From Trypanosoma brucei (Eukaryota), in NCBI GenBank assembly GCA_000002445.1, contig CP000066.1, positions 192,001 to 256,000 of the forward strand: DNA of 64,000 nt. Direction: 5' to 3'. Positions 20,945 through 34,300 of this stretch are shown here, piece by piece; position 1 is the stretch's first letter, and each line of letters begins with the position of its first letter. Position numbers and translations under genes: made by a program. The notes below the pieces were generated by a model, which saw nothing but the letters and a program-made list of their open reading frames with translations, was not told where the DNA came from and did not search any database.

Positions 20945-23900
20945 ATGTTACTTCCACTTAGCTTGCTACAGAGCCACAGCCACGCCACCCGCAACTGTAC
21001 ATACGAAAGGCAGAATGTGGAGGGTGTTGTGGACACGAACCTCCTGCGTGACGTTGGTGGTTGTGTGGTGAATGGTGTGGCGTTTTGTGAAGCACCTAAT
21101 TCTGTGCAACTTCCTACCCTCTTTTTCCCTCGACTGTGTGCAAAGGGGAGTAATAGAATGAGGCGTAAGTTAAAGTTGCGGATCATCTCCACCTTCGAAT
21201 TTGGTTTCTGTCGCCCATCTTTGCGCTATCTTTCTTGTGTTTGGAACATTATTGCTGTAGTATTTCCCCGCAGGTTGTATGTCTTGATGATTCACCGAGA
21301 GTTAGCAGATTCTATTGCACAACTAGAAAGGGATCTACGCATAGCCGATGTTAACGGATCTGGTTTCGTGTCAAATGCCGGTTTTGAGAAGGCACTGTTG
21401 CTTAACGGTGGTTCGATAGGACATATTGAGGCTCTAATAAAACAGTACGGGTCCGAGGAACACGGCGAAGTTCACTATGCGCGATTTCTCAAAAATATGA
21501 AATGCCTTGCCAGTGGCTCTGCAGGGCCTTCGTCAATTACTTGTGGTGGGGGTGATATGCCCAACTCTGTTGCTAGTCAGCAGTGTCAGGAAACAGGGCT
21601 GGCATCGCCATGTGCGGGGCAAGCGGTGCCTCCACTAAAGCGCTGCCCGACTCCGCATCGATGCCCAATGGATATGGTTTGTTGTCGTGAGAGGATTTGT
21701 GATAGATGCGATGAAAATATCCTTACTAGTACCCCCAGTGGTCAAAATGTTTGCATAGAAACTCATAAAGGTGCTGTGTGCACATATGAACTTTGCCCGA
21801 ATTGTGCGCATCCCCTTCCAGTCGAGATGCGCGAGATAGTGGCGGATAGAAAATGCTGCGTTGCGAAGCCAACGATTACGGACACGCCCAACACTTTCAC
21901 GACGAGCACGTGGTCATGTTCTGTTATGGAAGGGAAAGGGGACAAAGCGAAACCGATGTCATTTTTTTCCACCACTACAGCTGGCTGCACAGATGCTGTG
22001 GTTGTGGAACCGGTGCAAAACAATAGAGCCTCACTAAATCAGGGCGAACGTCAGAAGTCGTTGGTAGAATACGGGAAGACATCATGTGCTGTGGGTGCGG
22101 TGGAGGTTGTGGTTTCTCCTGATGCATGGTCAGCTGGATCGGACAGACTTATCCCCCTCCGCGAAGTGTTTCTCGTTATCAGTCACGAGTATTGTGGTGA
22201 AGTTACACTTCAAAGTGTGTGGGAAGCATTTAAGTGCCGCGGAATCGACGTCCCATTTGTAGAATTAGAAATACTCGCGGATTCACTGGGCTTACGTGCT
22301 TCGCGTACTGAGGTTGAGTGTTGCACCTCAGGCACATGCGTTAGCGGTGCTAGAACACTTGGTGTTGTAGATTTCTGTCTTCTGGTTGCGCGGATGCGCT
22401 CTACCCTGATCGAGCGTATTCGCCGGTCCTCCCTGTGGGGATCGGTGAGAACAAAGCTGCTATCGAATCAAATCCCTCGGATAGGAGTGGCGAATGCCAG
22501 CGTTGCGGCGCAAAAACAAATAGGGAACGATGACCGTGACCCCAATACTGCTGGAAGGACAGACGGAATGCATATGGAGCAGCCGGTGGCACTCGATGCT
22601 TGTTCCTCTTCATTACCTGCGCCATCCCGTTCGTCGCCGGCGAGTGAGGCACCAGGGGACTGCAAGCAAGATGGGTTTCCGCCCGCGTGCTTGTCGACAA
22701 TGGCGGTTGAAAGCAAAGCGACTTTTGAGAGGACCCTGGGTGGATCCCAAAAGGCGAAAGACGGCTGTGGCACTTCAGTGGCTGTGGCATCATCGGTAGC
22801 AGAGGGTGTCGAACCGACGGCGTGTGCCAATGGTGAATCCATCGCAACGCAAGGGTGCTGGCCGTCGTCTTCCAACTTGAAATTTGCGCCACCGCGCCCC
22901 GAGAGCAACGGATACGTCTACACGAATGTTCAACAGATGCACCTGCAGCCAACAGAAGGCCATTTCATGACACCTGTCAAACAAACAAGCGGCTCGTATA
23001 GTTTATATTGTTGCCACAGCCGCTGTGGCTGCCCAAATCTAGCCTGCCATAATCTTCCGCAATCCGAATTGGATTTGGTGGCGGGGGGAAATCAATCCAA
23101 GGAGTGTACGGACATTTTGGGGAATCTGGTCGCCGGTGGCCGGGGGCTCTACAACCGGTGTGGGAGCCAGCCCACGGTAGGAATTCGTAAGTACACGTCA
23201 CCCGACGGCAATGGGCAATGCGATGGCGCAGCTTTAGGATGTTTGGCCAGCGAAGGCACCCCATATACGTCATGTAGGTCGGTGCCAGAGGCAGCATCAA
23301 TGCAGCTGTATGTGCCAACAAACCCCTTAAGGCCTCCCTGTGAGTGTGACGACCATGAAGGGCAGCAAGGCGCCGCTGGACCGAGGGGGGACCCCGAAGT
23401 AGCAGCCTCAGCATGCGCTGCTGAAGAAGGTACCAGAATATCGAACCATTCGGCTGTGTGCCCAACACCGGATCATTGTGTTCACCACACAGGCGGAGAA
23501 AATGACGAGGTTGCAAGTGTGGCTGCTCCCCCAGCCGTTGTTCCTCCGGTGGTAGCCCCTACTGTTGAGACTAGGGTAGGGCCGTCCACCTCGTCACAAC
23601 CTAACGGTAACCGGAAGGAGCAAAGAGAGCTTGTGTCCGCTACCTCCGGTACTCGGACTTGTCCAGTATCTCGCGATGAAGGTGTGGGGCAGAAGAGTGC
23701 GAAGGGGCCTAGGTCAGCATCGGCGGACAAAAAAATTTCACCCTATTCGTACCTTTACAAGGCCTGCTCTGACTCGGGGACCAGGGGTAGGTCCTGTGCA
23801 GCATGCGATGCGCGGCATGTTCCGGGTCCGTCGACGCAGTCATCCGCTCCTAAGGGTCTTCGAGAGCGGAAAAGGGCGACGTCAATTGGCCCGGTGCAAC

Positions 23901-24754
23901 AACCCGTTACACAGCCAAAGTTGTTCAAGGAGGGAGACCAGCGGGTTGGCAAAGCGTCGCCCGAACCGATATCGAAAGATGCCTTACCAAAGCTCCGGGG
24001 GAGGTATCCTAACCTGCTTTCGCATTGCAGCCGCTTAGACCCGACACATAGCGGGTGCGTTTCGCGGGAGCAGCTCAGAGAGGCACTTCACCTGGCCGTT
24101 CCAAGCCTGGCAGCAGAGGAAGTCGAGGCGCTCGTACGTGCAAGTGCGGAAGGAGGAGAATGCGAAGAGAGGTGCAACTATGTTTCGCTCACCAACCGCC
24201 TTCTCGACATGGAGCAAACTGCCCAACAAAATGGGCAGGGCTGCAGTTCAGACAAGCGCTGTGACGGGATGCAGGGATCGATCGAATCGTCTGCAGGCGT
24301 TGGTGGCGGCACGGACAAATTGACTACAGGAAATGTCGCGAATGGGGGCCGGTCAAGGATACATCGACTGCTACAGAACGAGTTAGTCAATGCTTCTGGT
24401 GGGGACCGGCAGCATCTTCTGAATATATTCTTTGCCCAAGATGATACCCGCACGGGGTACTTGGAGGAAAGTGTCTTCCGCAAATGCCTTGTACAGCTAT
24501 TTCAGAGAGGTCGGCGGGAGCTCTCCACATGTTTACTGGATCAATACGTGCGACTCTGCCGTACCCCTTTTGAACGGAAAACCGTCAGAGTTCAAACTGC
24601 TCCAGCGTGTGGGAAGCAAGCGACTCACGAAATAGTCTCGCCTCCGAGTTCTTCTGAAGAGAGGGCTGCTCGACAACGGGTGCGTAGCATTCCCAAACCA
24701 CTCTGGGCTGTTCTTTGTGATTACCGATATATGATTGAAGAGTTGAAAGTATAG
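20945..24754 (+). CDS. Large hypothetical protein of up to 1,269 aa. It is Cys-rich and has degenerate EF-hand-like helix-loop-helix segments.
   Basis: A single uninterrupted ORF. The ATG at 20945 is the most upstream option and the true start may be an internal Met, for example MIHRELADS at about 21290. Cys-rich blocks include CPTPHRCPMDMVCCRERICDRCDEN and YSLYCCHSRCGCPNLACHN. EF-hand-like loops, not canonical, include IADVNGSGFVSNAGFEKALL and LDPTHSGCVSREQLREAL. The central third is GC-rich, with long spurious ORFs in other frames. Confidence 0.55.
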   Translation: MLLPLSLLQSHSHATRNCTYERQNVEGVVDTNLLRDVGGCVVNGVAFCEAPNSVQLPTLFFPRLCAKGSNRMRRKLKLRIISTFEFGFCRPSLRYLSCVWNIIAVVFPRRLYVLMIHRELADSIAQLERDLRIADVNGSGFVSNAGFEKALLLNGGSIGHIEALIKQYGSEEHGEVHYARFLKNMKCLASGSAGPSSITCGGGDMPNSVASQQCQETGLASPCAGQAVPPLKRCPTPHRCPMDMVCCRERICDRCDENILTSTPSGQNVCIETHKGAVCTYELCPNCAHPLPVEMREIVADRKCCVAKPTITDTPNTFTTSTWSCSVMEGKGDKAKPMSFFSTTTAGCTDAVVVEPVQNNRASLNQGERQKSLVEYGKTSCAVGAVEVVVSPDAWSAGSDRLIPLREVFLVISHEYCGEVTLQSVWEAFKCRGIDVPFVELEILADSLGLRASRTEVECCTSGTCVSGARTLGVVDFCLLVARMRSTLIERIRRSSLWGSVRTKLLSNQIPRIGVANASVAAQKQIGNDDRDPNTAGRTDGMHMEQPVALDACSSSLPAPSRSSPASEAPGDCKQDGFPPACLSTMAVESKATFERTLGGSQKAKDGCGTSVAVASSVAEGVEPTACANGESIATQGCWPSSSNLKFAPPRPESNGYVYTNVQQMHLQPTEGHFMTPVKQTSGSYSLYCCHSRCGCPNLACHNLPQSELDLVAGGNQSKECTDILGNLVAGGRGLYNRCGSQPTVGIRKYTSPDGNGQCDGAALGCLASEGTPYTSCRSVPEAASMQLYVPTNPLRPPCECDDHEGQQGAAGPRGDPEVAASACAAEEGTRISNHSAVCPTPDHCVHHTGGENDEVASVAAPPAVVPPVVAPTVETRVGPSTSSQPNGNRKEQRELVSATSGTRTCPVSRDEGVGQKSAKGPRSASADKKISPYSYLYKACSDSGTRGRSCAACDARHVPGPSTQSSAPKGLRERKRATSIGPVQQPVTQPKLFKEGDQRVGKASPEPISKDALPKLRGRYPNLLSHCSRLDPTHSGCVSREQLREALHLAVPSLAAEEVEALVRASAEGGECEERCNYVSLTNRLLDMEQTAQQNGQGCSSDKRCDGMQGSIESSAGVGGGTDKLTTGNVANGGRSRIHRLLQNELVNASGGDRQHLLNIFFAQDDTRTGYLEESVFRKCLVQLFQRGRRELSTCLLDQYVRLCRTPFERKTVRVQTAPACGKQATHEIVSPPSSSEERAARQRVRSIPKPLWAVLCDYRYMIEELKV

Positions 24755-25141
24755 AGGTGTTGCGGTCGCCGCTCAAATGACCGGTGAACAAGTGTGGGGT
24801 TTGCCACTTTTTTTTTCTCATTTAGTAAGCTTGCTTTTGTCCGTTATGGCTAAGGTCATTGCCCTGATATCTAACGGGCCGCTGGAATACTCCAAACTTG
24901 TGCCGTTTTCGGCGATGTTTACGACCAATAGTTGGTTTGCACTGAGCGAGACCGATTTTATAACTGCAATGACAATGACTCTTTCCTGCTTCTACTGCTG
25001 AACTGTCATTCTTACCGCGTTTGCTCACCGCACCTTCTTTTTCCTCGAATGTAATCTTAGAAAAATACAAAGCGGAGAGCGCTACAGCATATTTGCGTAA
25101 ATAGGTGTAAGAAGGAATTAGACACACAACACTCTGCCCCT

Positions 25142-25200
25142 GCTTGTTTTTTTTATTTTTCCATTTCATATTTATCTTGTGTATTATTTCCTACGCGTTT
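25142..25200 (+). promoter_or_regulatory. Polypyrimidine tract upstream of the dynein heavy chain. It is a candidate splice-acceptor and polyadenylation signal, with a second short tract at 25305-25330.
   Basis: Long T/C run followed by AG. Typical kinetoplastid intergenic processing signal. Confidence 0.4.
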
Positions 25201-25341
25201 GTTAAGGTTGTTTGTGACTCAAATTGTTCGTAAGCCCAGTTGTGCTTTGACAGTTTCCCGCTGGTTGTTCGAGCTGACTTGGATTAGGGGCACCCGCAGC
25301 TTGGAGTGTTCCTGTTTTTTTGATTTTGTTAGCCTGCTGCT

Positions 25342-28300
25342 ATGAAGGCAGTTCAGAGGGTGTGCTCTGATGCGCGGCACTTGTACGTGTTTGGACGCGT
25401 TAAAGACTTTTTTGCCTGCGGTGATGCTGAGGTCACGGAACGTCTGACTATTCAACTCGATCAAAATTTCTCTGATGGCTCCCCCAACTTTATGGTTGTG
25501 CACGACATGCTCGAGGGGTGCGGGGCTAACACGCTGCTCTTCACCTTTCAGCCAAATCCTGACGACCCGGGGATTCCCGATGATGTCCTTTGTGTTGTGA
25601 ATCCGCAGAAAGGGAAGTTGCCGTACCTCACCGGCCGTGTGGTGTATTTGGTGCGGCCAGACAATGGCAAACCTATCAACGCAAAGGAGGCATCTCAGGT
25701 TGTTCAGGATATCACGATGGGTTCTCTCGATGGCAACCTATTGCAAAGCTTCGAACACCTCCTGATGGAAGTGTATACACCTATGTTCAACAAGCTGAGC
25801 AAATGGGGGAAGAATACTTTGGCGGAGCGGAATAGGTTTATTGTGCACCTCCTCCGATATGCGGATCGCATTTCAGAGTTACAACAACTACAGGGTGAGC
25901 GTTATGAACTGCGACCTGTTAATGCGGAGACGTGGAGGCTGCTACAAACAGGGGGCCTGAACAAGCGCGGTGGAATCAACGACCCTGGTGTTGTGCACTG
26001 CCTGACGACAACCGTGGAGGAATGGATTAAGGCTGTCTATGACGTGGTGCAGGAGGTGCCAAACTATGAAAATGAACTGAGTGAAGAGAAGGCAGGTCCA
26101 AAGACGGAGATTCAGCTTTGGAAAAGCCGCCTGGCGAAGTTGCGCCTGGTAGAAGAACAACTTGAAGCTGTTGAGGCGCCGCGAGCCGTGCAATACCTGC
26201 GTGAGGTTAAGAGCCCACTGCTACAACGATGGGTGGAGGTGGATGCCGCGCTTAATGATGCATTGTCGGAAGCTCAGGAGAACGTGAAGTACCTGCGTTC
26301 CCTCAGCAAATACTTTGATGTATTATACTCATCGGACATTGCCCAGATCATTAACATGCTTCCTTCGCTCATCAGCAACATACGGATGATGCACACGATA
26401 GCACGCTATTACTCGCGGCGGGAATGCATGACAGCACTCTTTTTTAAGGTCACCAACGCCATGGTTCTTTCTTGTAAATCAGCCATCAACCCATCGGGTG
26501 TGCGCAGTCGTATCTGGGAGTGCGGGCAGAGCCCCGAGTCCCTCAAAGAGTTGTTACACCAACTACACCTCAGTGCCGAGTGTAATAAGGCCTACAACAA
26601 AGAGTACAAGAAGGCGCAGGAAATCCTCGCAAGCAAGGATGGAAAACAGTTTGACTTTGATGAGTTGAAGTTTATGGGGCACTTCAATCTTTTCACAAAG
26701 CGTGTGGACAAACTGATCAGCGTGTTTAGTACAGTGCAGCAATTTGTAGAGCTCAAGGCATACAATATTGAACAAATGGAGGGCCTTATCCCACGGTTTG
26801 AAGAATACCTTGGCCATCTCCGCGGAAAGACTACCGACATCCTTGACATCCACGACAACAACAAGTTCGACGTGGAGTTTAAAATATTCGAAACACGAAT
26901 TGCCGAACTAGAGACATCGATGCAGGTGGCAATCAACTCCTCATTTGAGAACATCACCTCGACCGACAACGCTCTGCAGTTACTGGCCAAGTATCAGCGT
27001 ATTCTCAAGAATGAAGCTTTCGCCGCCGATTTGGAGTCCAAGTACCTCGTCATTTTCCACAGCTACGGTATGGAACTTGAGAATGACCAAAAGACCTATG
27101 AGCGATACAAGACCGACCCACCAGTCGCACGAAACATGACACCAGTTGCTGGAGCCATCAGTTGGGCACGGCAACTACTCCACCACATCAAGTCGCCTAT
27201 GGACAAATTTAAGACCAATCGCACAATCATGGCGAACACGAAAGATAGCAAGAAGGTGATTCGCACATACAATAGAGTTTCGGTTGCGCTGATTGAATTC
27301 GAGGCTATTTGGGTGGATGCTTGGAAGCGATCGATTGAATCGAGTAAAGCCGGACTTAATGCGACGTTGTTGGTGAGACACGAGGGGCGTTTGTACGTAA
27401 ACTTTGATTTGGAGATAATGCAGCTCATTAAGGAGACAAGAGAGTTGATGTTACTCGGTGGTATAGAAGTACCTGCGGCAGCGAGGATGGTGCTAATGCA
27501 GGAGCAGCGACTGAAGACATTTTACAATGAGTTAACTCACCTTGTTAAAGAGTACGAACGTGTTGTTGGTCGCGCTGGAAGTACGCGCAGCAAGATCGTT
27601 GGTGTCACTCGCCCGTTGCTTCAACCAAACCTCGACGCGCTTGATGCAGTGTTTCTTCCTGGTGAAACCACTCTCACGTGGTCTTCGTTAAATGTTGATA
27701 CGTACCTGGAACGAGTCCAAAAGGCAATTGAAGATCTTGACATTCTCGTCACGAAGGTGAATGACATCATTCAGCACCGAATCCAAGTTAACCTCAAGCT
27801 TATTGCTTCTACGCTGCTTGTTAACCTCTTTGACGACCATTTCTCACTTGATCAGTTCGTGCAAGTGCAGGAAAAGCATATTCGGCAGCAATGCGAAGTG
27901 ATGGATGTAAAGAACCGGGAGGTTGAGGGTGCGGTCGAGGATGTCGTGATATGCATTCTCGCTAGTCAGGGCGTTACTTACAGTACCGATAAGCTTGACA
28001 ATGTCCAGCGTGATCGCATTGCGACGCTCAAAGGGCACTTCAATCGTCTAATGTTCAAAGCGATCCTCACGAGCACCACCCGATCGTTGAACTTACTCAA
28101 GAAACGTGTGGGCACACGTAATCGTGTGTCCTTCCTTTTTGTTGAAAAGCCCTTCTTCGACGTTGATGTGCAACTTATTAATGCGGAGCCGTACGTGTTT
28201 TTAAGCCCTTCCCTTGATGAGGTGCAAAAGGCTATCAACCAGTGTGCAACGGCGGTACTTTCGTGCAGCAAATACATGACCCTTTGGGAGGGACTGGGCG

Positions 28301-31300
28301 ATGATGCGCTTTCGTTCTTTGAGGAGATTGCGAAAAACAAAGAGATTGTGAAGGTTGTTCTACTGCTTACTGGTGGCATCCACGGCTTAAAGAAGCAGGT
28401 AATGGAGTACCTTAACCACTTCCACAAGTACGAGTATCTGTGGAAGTTGGACATGAACGAAGCTTATGATGAATTCAACTCAAACGACCCAACACTTGAC
28501 GACTACGAGCAACGTTTACAAGGTTACGTGGCGTTGCATGATGAAATTGAGGGGCTCACGTCTGTGTTCAACATCGGCAGTCTGGCACTGCACAACAAGC
28601 CCCTTAAGGCCGATCTTCTTCGGAAAGTCATCGAGTGGAAGGAGCTCTTTTCCAACAAGTTGCACGCCAAAGCACAATTGGAACTAGACAGCTTAACACA
28701 CAAAATGGATGAGGAGGCGCATCAGCTCTCGTTACCCATCCCTGATCAGGAGAAGCTGGAGGACTTGCGCGTTCTGATGAACACTCTGCAGGACATCCGT
28801 GATAGGGAGTCACTGGTGGAGTTCCAGTTTTACCCCGTGCAACAGGCATATGCATTGTTGCAGCGCTTCAACGTTCCTATTTTCAAGGAGGAAATCGACC
28901 GTGTGGAGGATATTCGGTTCAAGTGGCGCAAACTACATGCGCTGGCAGAGCGACGCTCAGACGAGATCAACAATCTTCAGTACGGTTTTAAGAAAGGTCT
29001 TACGCAGGAGGTGCAGAAATTTGGTGCCGAAGTCATTGCTTTCCGTAACGATTATGACTCCCATGGACCGATGGTAGAGGGTTTGAAACCTCAAGAAGCT
29101 ATGGAGCGTCTAAAGCGTTACCAACGCCAGTTTGATGACAAGTACCGTAAGTGGATTACCCTTATGGCAGGTGAGGAACTCTTCGGTCTTCCCCTGCACA
29201 AATACCCGGAATTAGTTAAAACAAAGAAGGAGCTTGAGCTCCTCGACAAGTTATACACGTTGTACATTAATGTGCTTCATAAGGTTGACGGGTACAATGA
29301 TATTTTGTGGTGTGAGTTAGATTTCGATGCCATCGCGGAGGAAGTGAGTGTATTTGTGAGCCAGTGTAAGCGTTTGCCCAAGTCGTTGCGGGATTGGGAC
29401 GCGTATGTCGAACTTAAGAAAATTCTTGACGACTTCATGGAACTCCAGCCTGTGATTCAGGAGTTGAAGAATCCCGCAGTGGTTGAGCGGCACTGGCAGG
29501 AGATCATGCGTGTAACGGGACATAAGTGGCGAACCGATCCTGATCTGTTTAAACTTCAGAACCTTGTGGACGCGAACTTACTTCGCGTGGTGGATGAAGT
29601 CGTTGATATTGCGAGTTCATCCGTACGCGAGTCTGAAGTCGAGGCGAAATTTCGGGCGCAAGAGGTGTTGTGGAAGGATCAGGAACTGAAGTTCTCAGAG
29701 TTTAAGCATCGTGGACCTATCATATTAAAGGGTGATGATACAACGTCTAAGCGCGAGGCCTTGGATGAGTCATCGCTGGCCATTAACTCCATGCTATCGT
29801 CTCGTTATTGTGCTTTCATGCGCGATACCATACAAGGTTTCCTTCAAAAGTTAGTGAAGGTGAGTGAGATCATAGCCCTGTGGGTTGAGGTGCAGTTTAC
29901 ATGGCAGTACCTTGAAGCGGTGTTTGCAGGTGGTGACATCATGAAGCAGTTGCCCCAGGAGGCCAAACGGTTTGCGATGATCGATAAGGCATGGCAGAAA
30001 ATTATGAACAAGGCCAATGAGACACCCAATGTTCTTGAGTTCTGCTACGAAAACGAGCTACTCCAGAACCTTCCAAACCTGAAGGAGCAGTTGGATGAGT
30101 GTCAGCGGAAACTCTCTCTGTATCTGGAGCAGAAGCGTAATTTGTTTCCACGATTCTACTTTGTTTCTGATACGGTGCTGTTGGAAATCCTGTCTCAGGC
30201 GAGCGACCCGCAATCCATTCAGCCACATTTGGCATCGATCTTTGACGGTCTCTCATCTGTGCGGTTCGAGCGTGTGAAACCCAAGGAAGCAGGGGCGCAG
30301 CCGTACTTCCAAATTGTTGAGATGATTTCTGGTGAGGGAGAGTCACTCATGATGCGAGAACCTACACCGTGCGTAGGTAATGTGGAGGATTGGCTAAACC
30401 GTCTGTGTAGTGGTATGACTGACACTGTGAGAGAAGTGGTGAAGGCGAGTGTTATGGAGTTGGGTACACTGTTGGGAAATACGAATTACTTGGGAAGCAT
30501 TATCGAGCGTTACCCGGCACAGGTTTCCCTTCTCATGCTGCAGTTTTTCTGGACGGCCGACGTGACGGAGTGTATTACAAAGGGTATTATGAGATCCCGT
30601 GGGCGCGAAGCAGCAACATCACGAGCTAAGTGCGATGCAGTGAAGAACTTTCTTGTTAGTCTAACGACGTCACCTGAACTTGAGCGGCAGCCTAAGCGTA
30701 TGCGTACCAATGTGGAGACTCTCATTACGATTCAAGTGCATCAGCAGGAGGTGTTTATTGATTTGCAGAAGGCCTCCATTAAGGAGCTCACACATTTCGA
30801 TTGGCTGAAACAAGCCCGTTTCTACTACAAGCCAGAGCGTGACCTTACCATTATTTCAATTGCTGATTCTGACACAGAGTACTGCAACGAGTACTTGGGA
30901 GTTAAGGAGCGTTTGGTCATCACCCCGCTGACAGATCGCTGCTACATCACGTTGTCGCAGGCGCTCGCTATGTACATGGGCGGTGCCCCGGCTGGACCTG
31001 CAGGTACAGGTAAAACCGAAACTACAAAGGATCTCGCCCGTACATATGGCAAGTTTTGCGTCGTCTTCAATTGCTCAGATCAGCTGGACAGGCATGCGAT
31101 GGGGAAAATTATACGCGGTCTTTCCCAGGCTAATGCGTGGGGTTGTTTTGATGAGTTCAACCGTATCGACCTTCCCGTCCTCTCCGTCGTTGCGCAGCAA
31201 GTTTCTTGTGTGCTTCAGGCACTTAAGCAGCACAAAGACAAGTTCATCTTTATCGATGGGCAGGTCACCGACCTGATGCCCGGGGTTGGATTCTTCATTA

Positions 31301-34300
31301 CCATGAACCCTGGTTACGCAGGACGACAGGAGCTGCCGGAGAACCTGAAAATTCTTTTCCGTGGTGTTACGATGATGATCCCTGACCGTCAGACCATTAT
31401 GAAGGTCAAGTTGGCCTCACAAGGGTACAGTCTCGATGACCTGTTGAGTAAAAAGTTTTTCACATTGTATAAGCTCTGCGAAGAGCAGTTGTCGAAACAG
31501 CGGCACTACGACTTTGGTCTCCGTAACATTTTATCTGTGCTGCGTACAGCCGGTGCGGTGCTGCGTCGCAATCCAGGTAAGGATGAGGAGGATCTTTTCA
31601 TGCGCACGCTGCGCGACATGAACCTCTCCAAATTGGTGTTTGAAGATATAGAGTTGTTTGACTCGTTATTACGCGATATGTTCCCTGGACGACAGTTTGT
31701 TAAGGGCTCGCATCCTGAGATTGAGGGAGAGTTAGCGAAGGTGATCGAGGGAAAAGGTTTGCAGCTATGGGGACCATGGATAAGCAAGGTGTTGCAGTTG
31801 TACGAAACAAAGTTGGTGCGTCACGGTATTATGGTAGTTGGGCCTGCTATGTGTGGCAAAACACAGTGTTACGACGTCATGACGGAAACGCTTAGTCGCA
31901 CGACGGTGCCTCATCAGCAGTTGCGTATGAATCCGAAGGCCATTACGGCACCGCAGATGTTTGGTCGCATCGATGTCTCGGGAGACTGGCATGATGGCGT
32001 TTTCTCATCTCTCTGGCGCGCTGCCGTTCGCCACGCAAAGAAGCGTAACGTGTGGATTGTGTGCGATGGACCAGTCGATGCAATTTGGATTGAGAATCTT
32101 AACACAGTTCTTGACGATAACAAGTTGCTTACGTTAGCTAACGGGGATCGTATTCAAATGACTGACACGATGAAGTGCTGCTTCGAAGTTGAGAACTTGG
32201 CAAATGCCTCCCCTGCTACTGTATCCCGAGCCGGTATTATTTTTATCTCTGATGTTATTCTGGGGTGGAAGCCGGTGCTCAAGTCACGTTTCTGCGCCAC
32301 TGTGAATGAGGAGGGGCAGATCCTACCAGTTGATGTTGTGAAGAGGTGCAACACACTCCTTGCAGAAAAATTGCTTGCCTTGTTCCTCCCCACGGAGGGA
32401 GAAGGCGGCGAGCCAAGTTTGACAGAACGGGTAGCGACATTCTACGAAAAGGAGTGCAGCATCGTTATGAAGACATCTATTGCTCACCTTGTAATTAATG
32501 CCTTCCATCTCACAGTTGCTCTTGGAGAAGAGGTGGGCGACGGTGTGCCCGTTAGTGACGCGCTGGCACTGAAGATATTCTGGTTCAGTCTGTCATGGGC
32601 ATTCGGTGGTGTCCTTGAGTCGAAGGACCGGTTGAAATTTGATGCCCTGGTGCGTGAGCTCTACGACGGCTTACCTCCATCGACAGAAGGCACGGTATTC
32701 GACTTTTCGCTGAACTGCAAGAGTGGTCAGTGGGAGCACTGGGATGGGTTCTTAGAGAAGTGGAAGTACCCTGGCGATGACAGACTGGACTTCGCCACTT
32801 TGTTCATTCCCACAGCTGATTCTGTGCGACTGCACTTCCTTATGAACTGCAACTTTATACAGCACCGACCAGCTTTGTTGATTGGTGTGAGTGGTACGGC
32901 TAAAACGGTAACAGTTGAGAAGTTATTACTGAAGATCAAAGCTGAGTCTGAAACGTCGAACTTCCGTAAGCTCAACTTTTCGTCCATGACGACTCCCCAA
33001 AACTTCTACAATGCCCTTGAGGACATGACGGAGAAGCGTATGGGTTCTACCTTCGGTCCGAAGAACTGCGAGCAACTGACGGTCTTCATTGATGACATCA
33101 ACATGCCGGAGATCAATGAGTGGGGCGACCAGATTACAAATGAGATTGTGCGCCAGGTGGTGGAGTCTAGCATGGTTTATGATCTAAGTCATGCTGGTCG
33201 GCGGAAGGAGTTGCGCGGCCTTGTTTATATGGCTGCCATGTCGCACCCATCTGGTGGCAAGAACGATATCCCCAATCGTTTGAAGCGCCACTTCTCGATC
33301 TTCAACGTGCCACTTCCAGAGGAGAGTTCTGTACAGCAGATTTTCGGTGTCATTTTTGAAGGTCGATTCTGCAATGACAACTATGCGCGCAGTGTGCAGG
33401 ACATCGCTAAGATGCTCACACAAATGTCGATCGATTTCTGGCGCGCGATAGCGAAAAAGATGTTACCAACACCCGACAAGTTCCACTACTTCTTCAACTT
33501 GCGCGATTTGTCGCGTATTACACAGGGTATTATGATGGCTGGTATGAACGATGACCCCGAGAAACCCGAGAGAAGGTCCACAAGCAAACCGTGGGAAGTC
33601 GTAACGGACGCTGTAACGCTTATCAGGATTTGGAAGCATGAATGCTCTCGTGTTTTCAGCGACAAGCTCAATAGCGTGGCGGACAAGCGGTGGTTCGATG
33701 ACAACGTGCAAGACTGTGTCGTGCAGCACCTCACGCCAACACAATACCGAGATGTCATCGAGCAAGTGCGTGAGCCCATTTATATGGCAAATTACCTGCG
33801 GGACCCCATTATTGATCCTGAAACTGGTGAGATTGCAGAGACTGCTCCTCGCATTTACGAGCCAGCACCATCGATGGAGGTCCTCCAGGATCGCTTGCTA
33901 CGTGCTATGAAGGCTCACGACGAGCAGCCCCGTGTGAAGCAGCTGAAGCTCGTCTTGTTCGAAGCTGCTGTGAAGAATGTTTCCCGTATTTCTCGTGTCC
34001 TGTCGATGCCGCGAGGTAACTTATTGCTGGTTGGTGTTGGTGGTAGTGGCAAACAGTCGCTGACCCGTCTTGCTGCACATGTGAATTCCCATGACTACGC
34101 CACGTTGGTTTTGTCCAAGGGGTTTGGTGTCAACCAACTCTTCGATGCCATTCGTGAGCAATACGTTATGGCAGCGACGAAACGCCCAGTGACTATGCTA
34201 TTCACTGATAATGACATCAAGCATGAGATATTCTTGGAGTATATCAACTCCTTCTTGTCAAATGGTGAAATTCCCGGTCTGTTTGCATCCGATCAGCGCG

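Noticed and set aside
22401-24038. A cluster of 80–180-codon ORFs on both strands (22401..22952 -, 22468..22908 -, 22977..23516 -, 23482..23730 -, 23631..24038 +) inside the 1,269-aa gene.
   Set aside because: High local GC content suppresses stop codons in all frames. The sense-frame ORF is continuous for 3.8 kb, whereas these are short, overlapping and Arg/Pro/Ala-rich.
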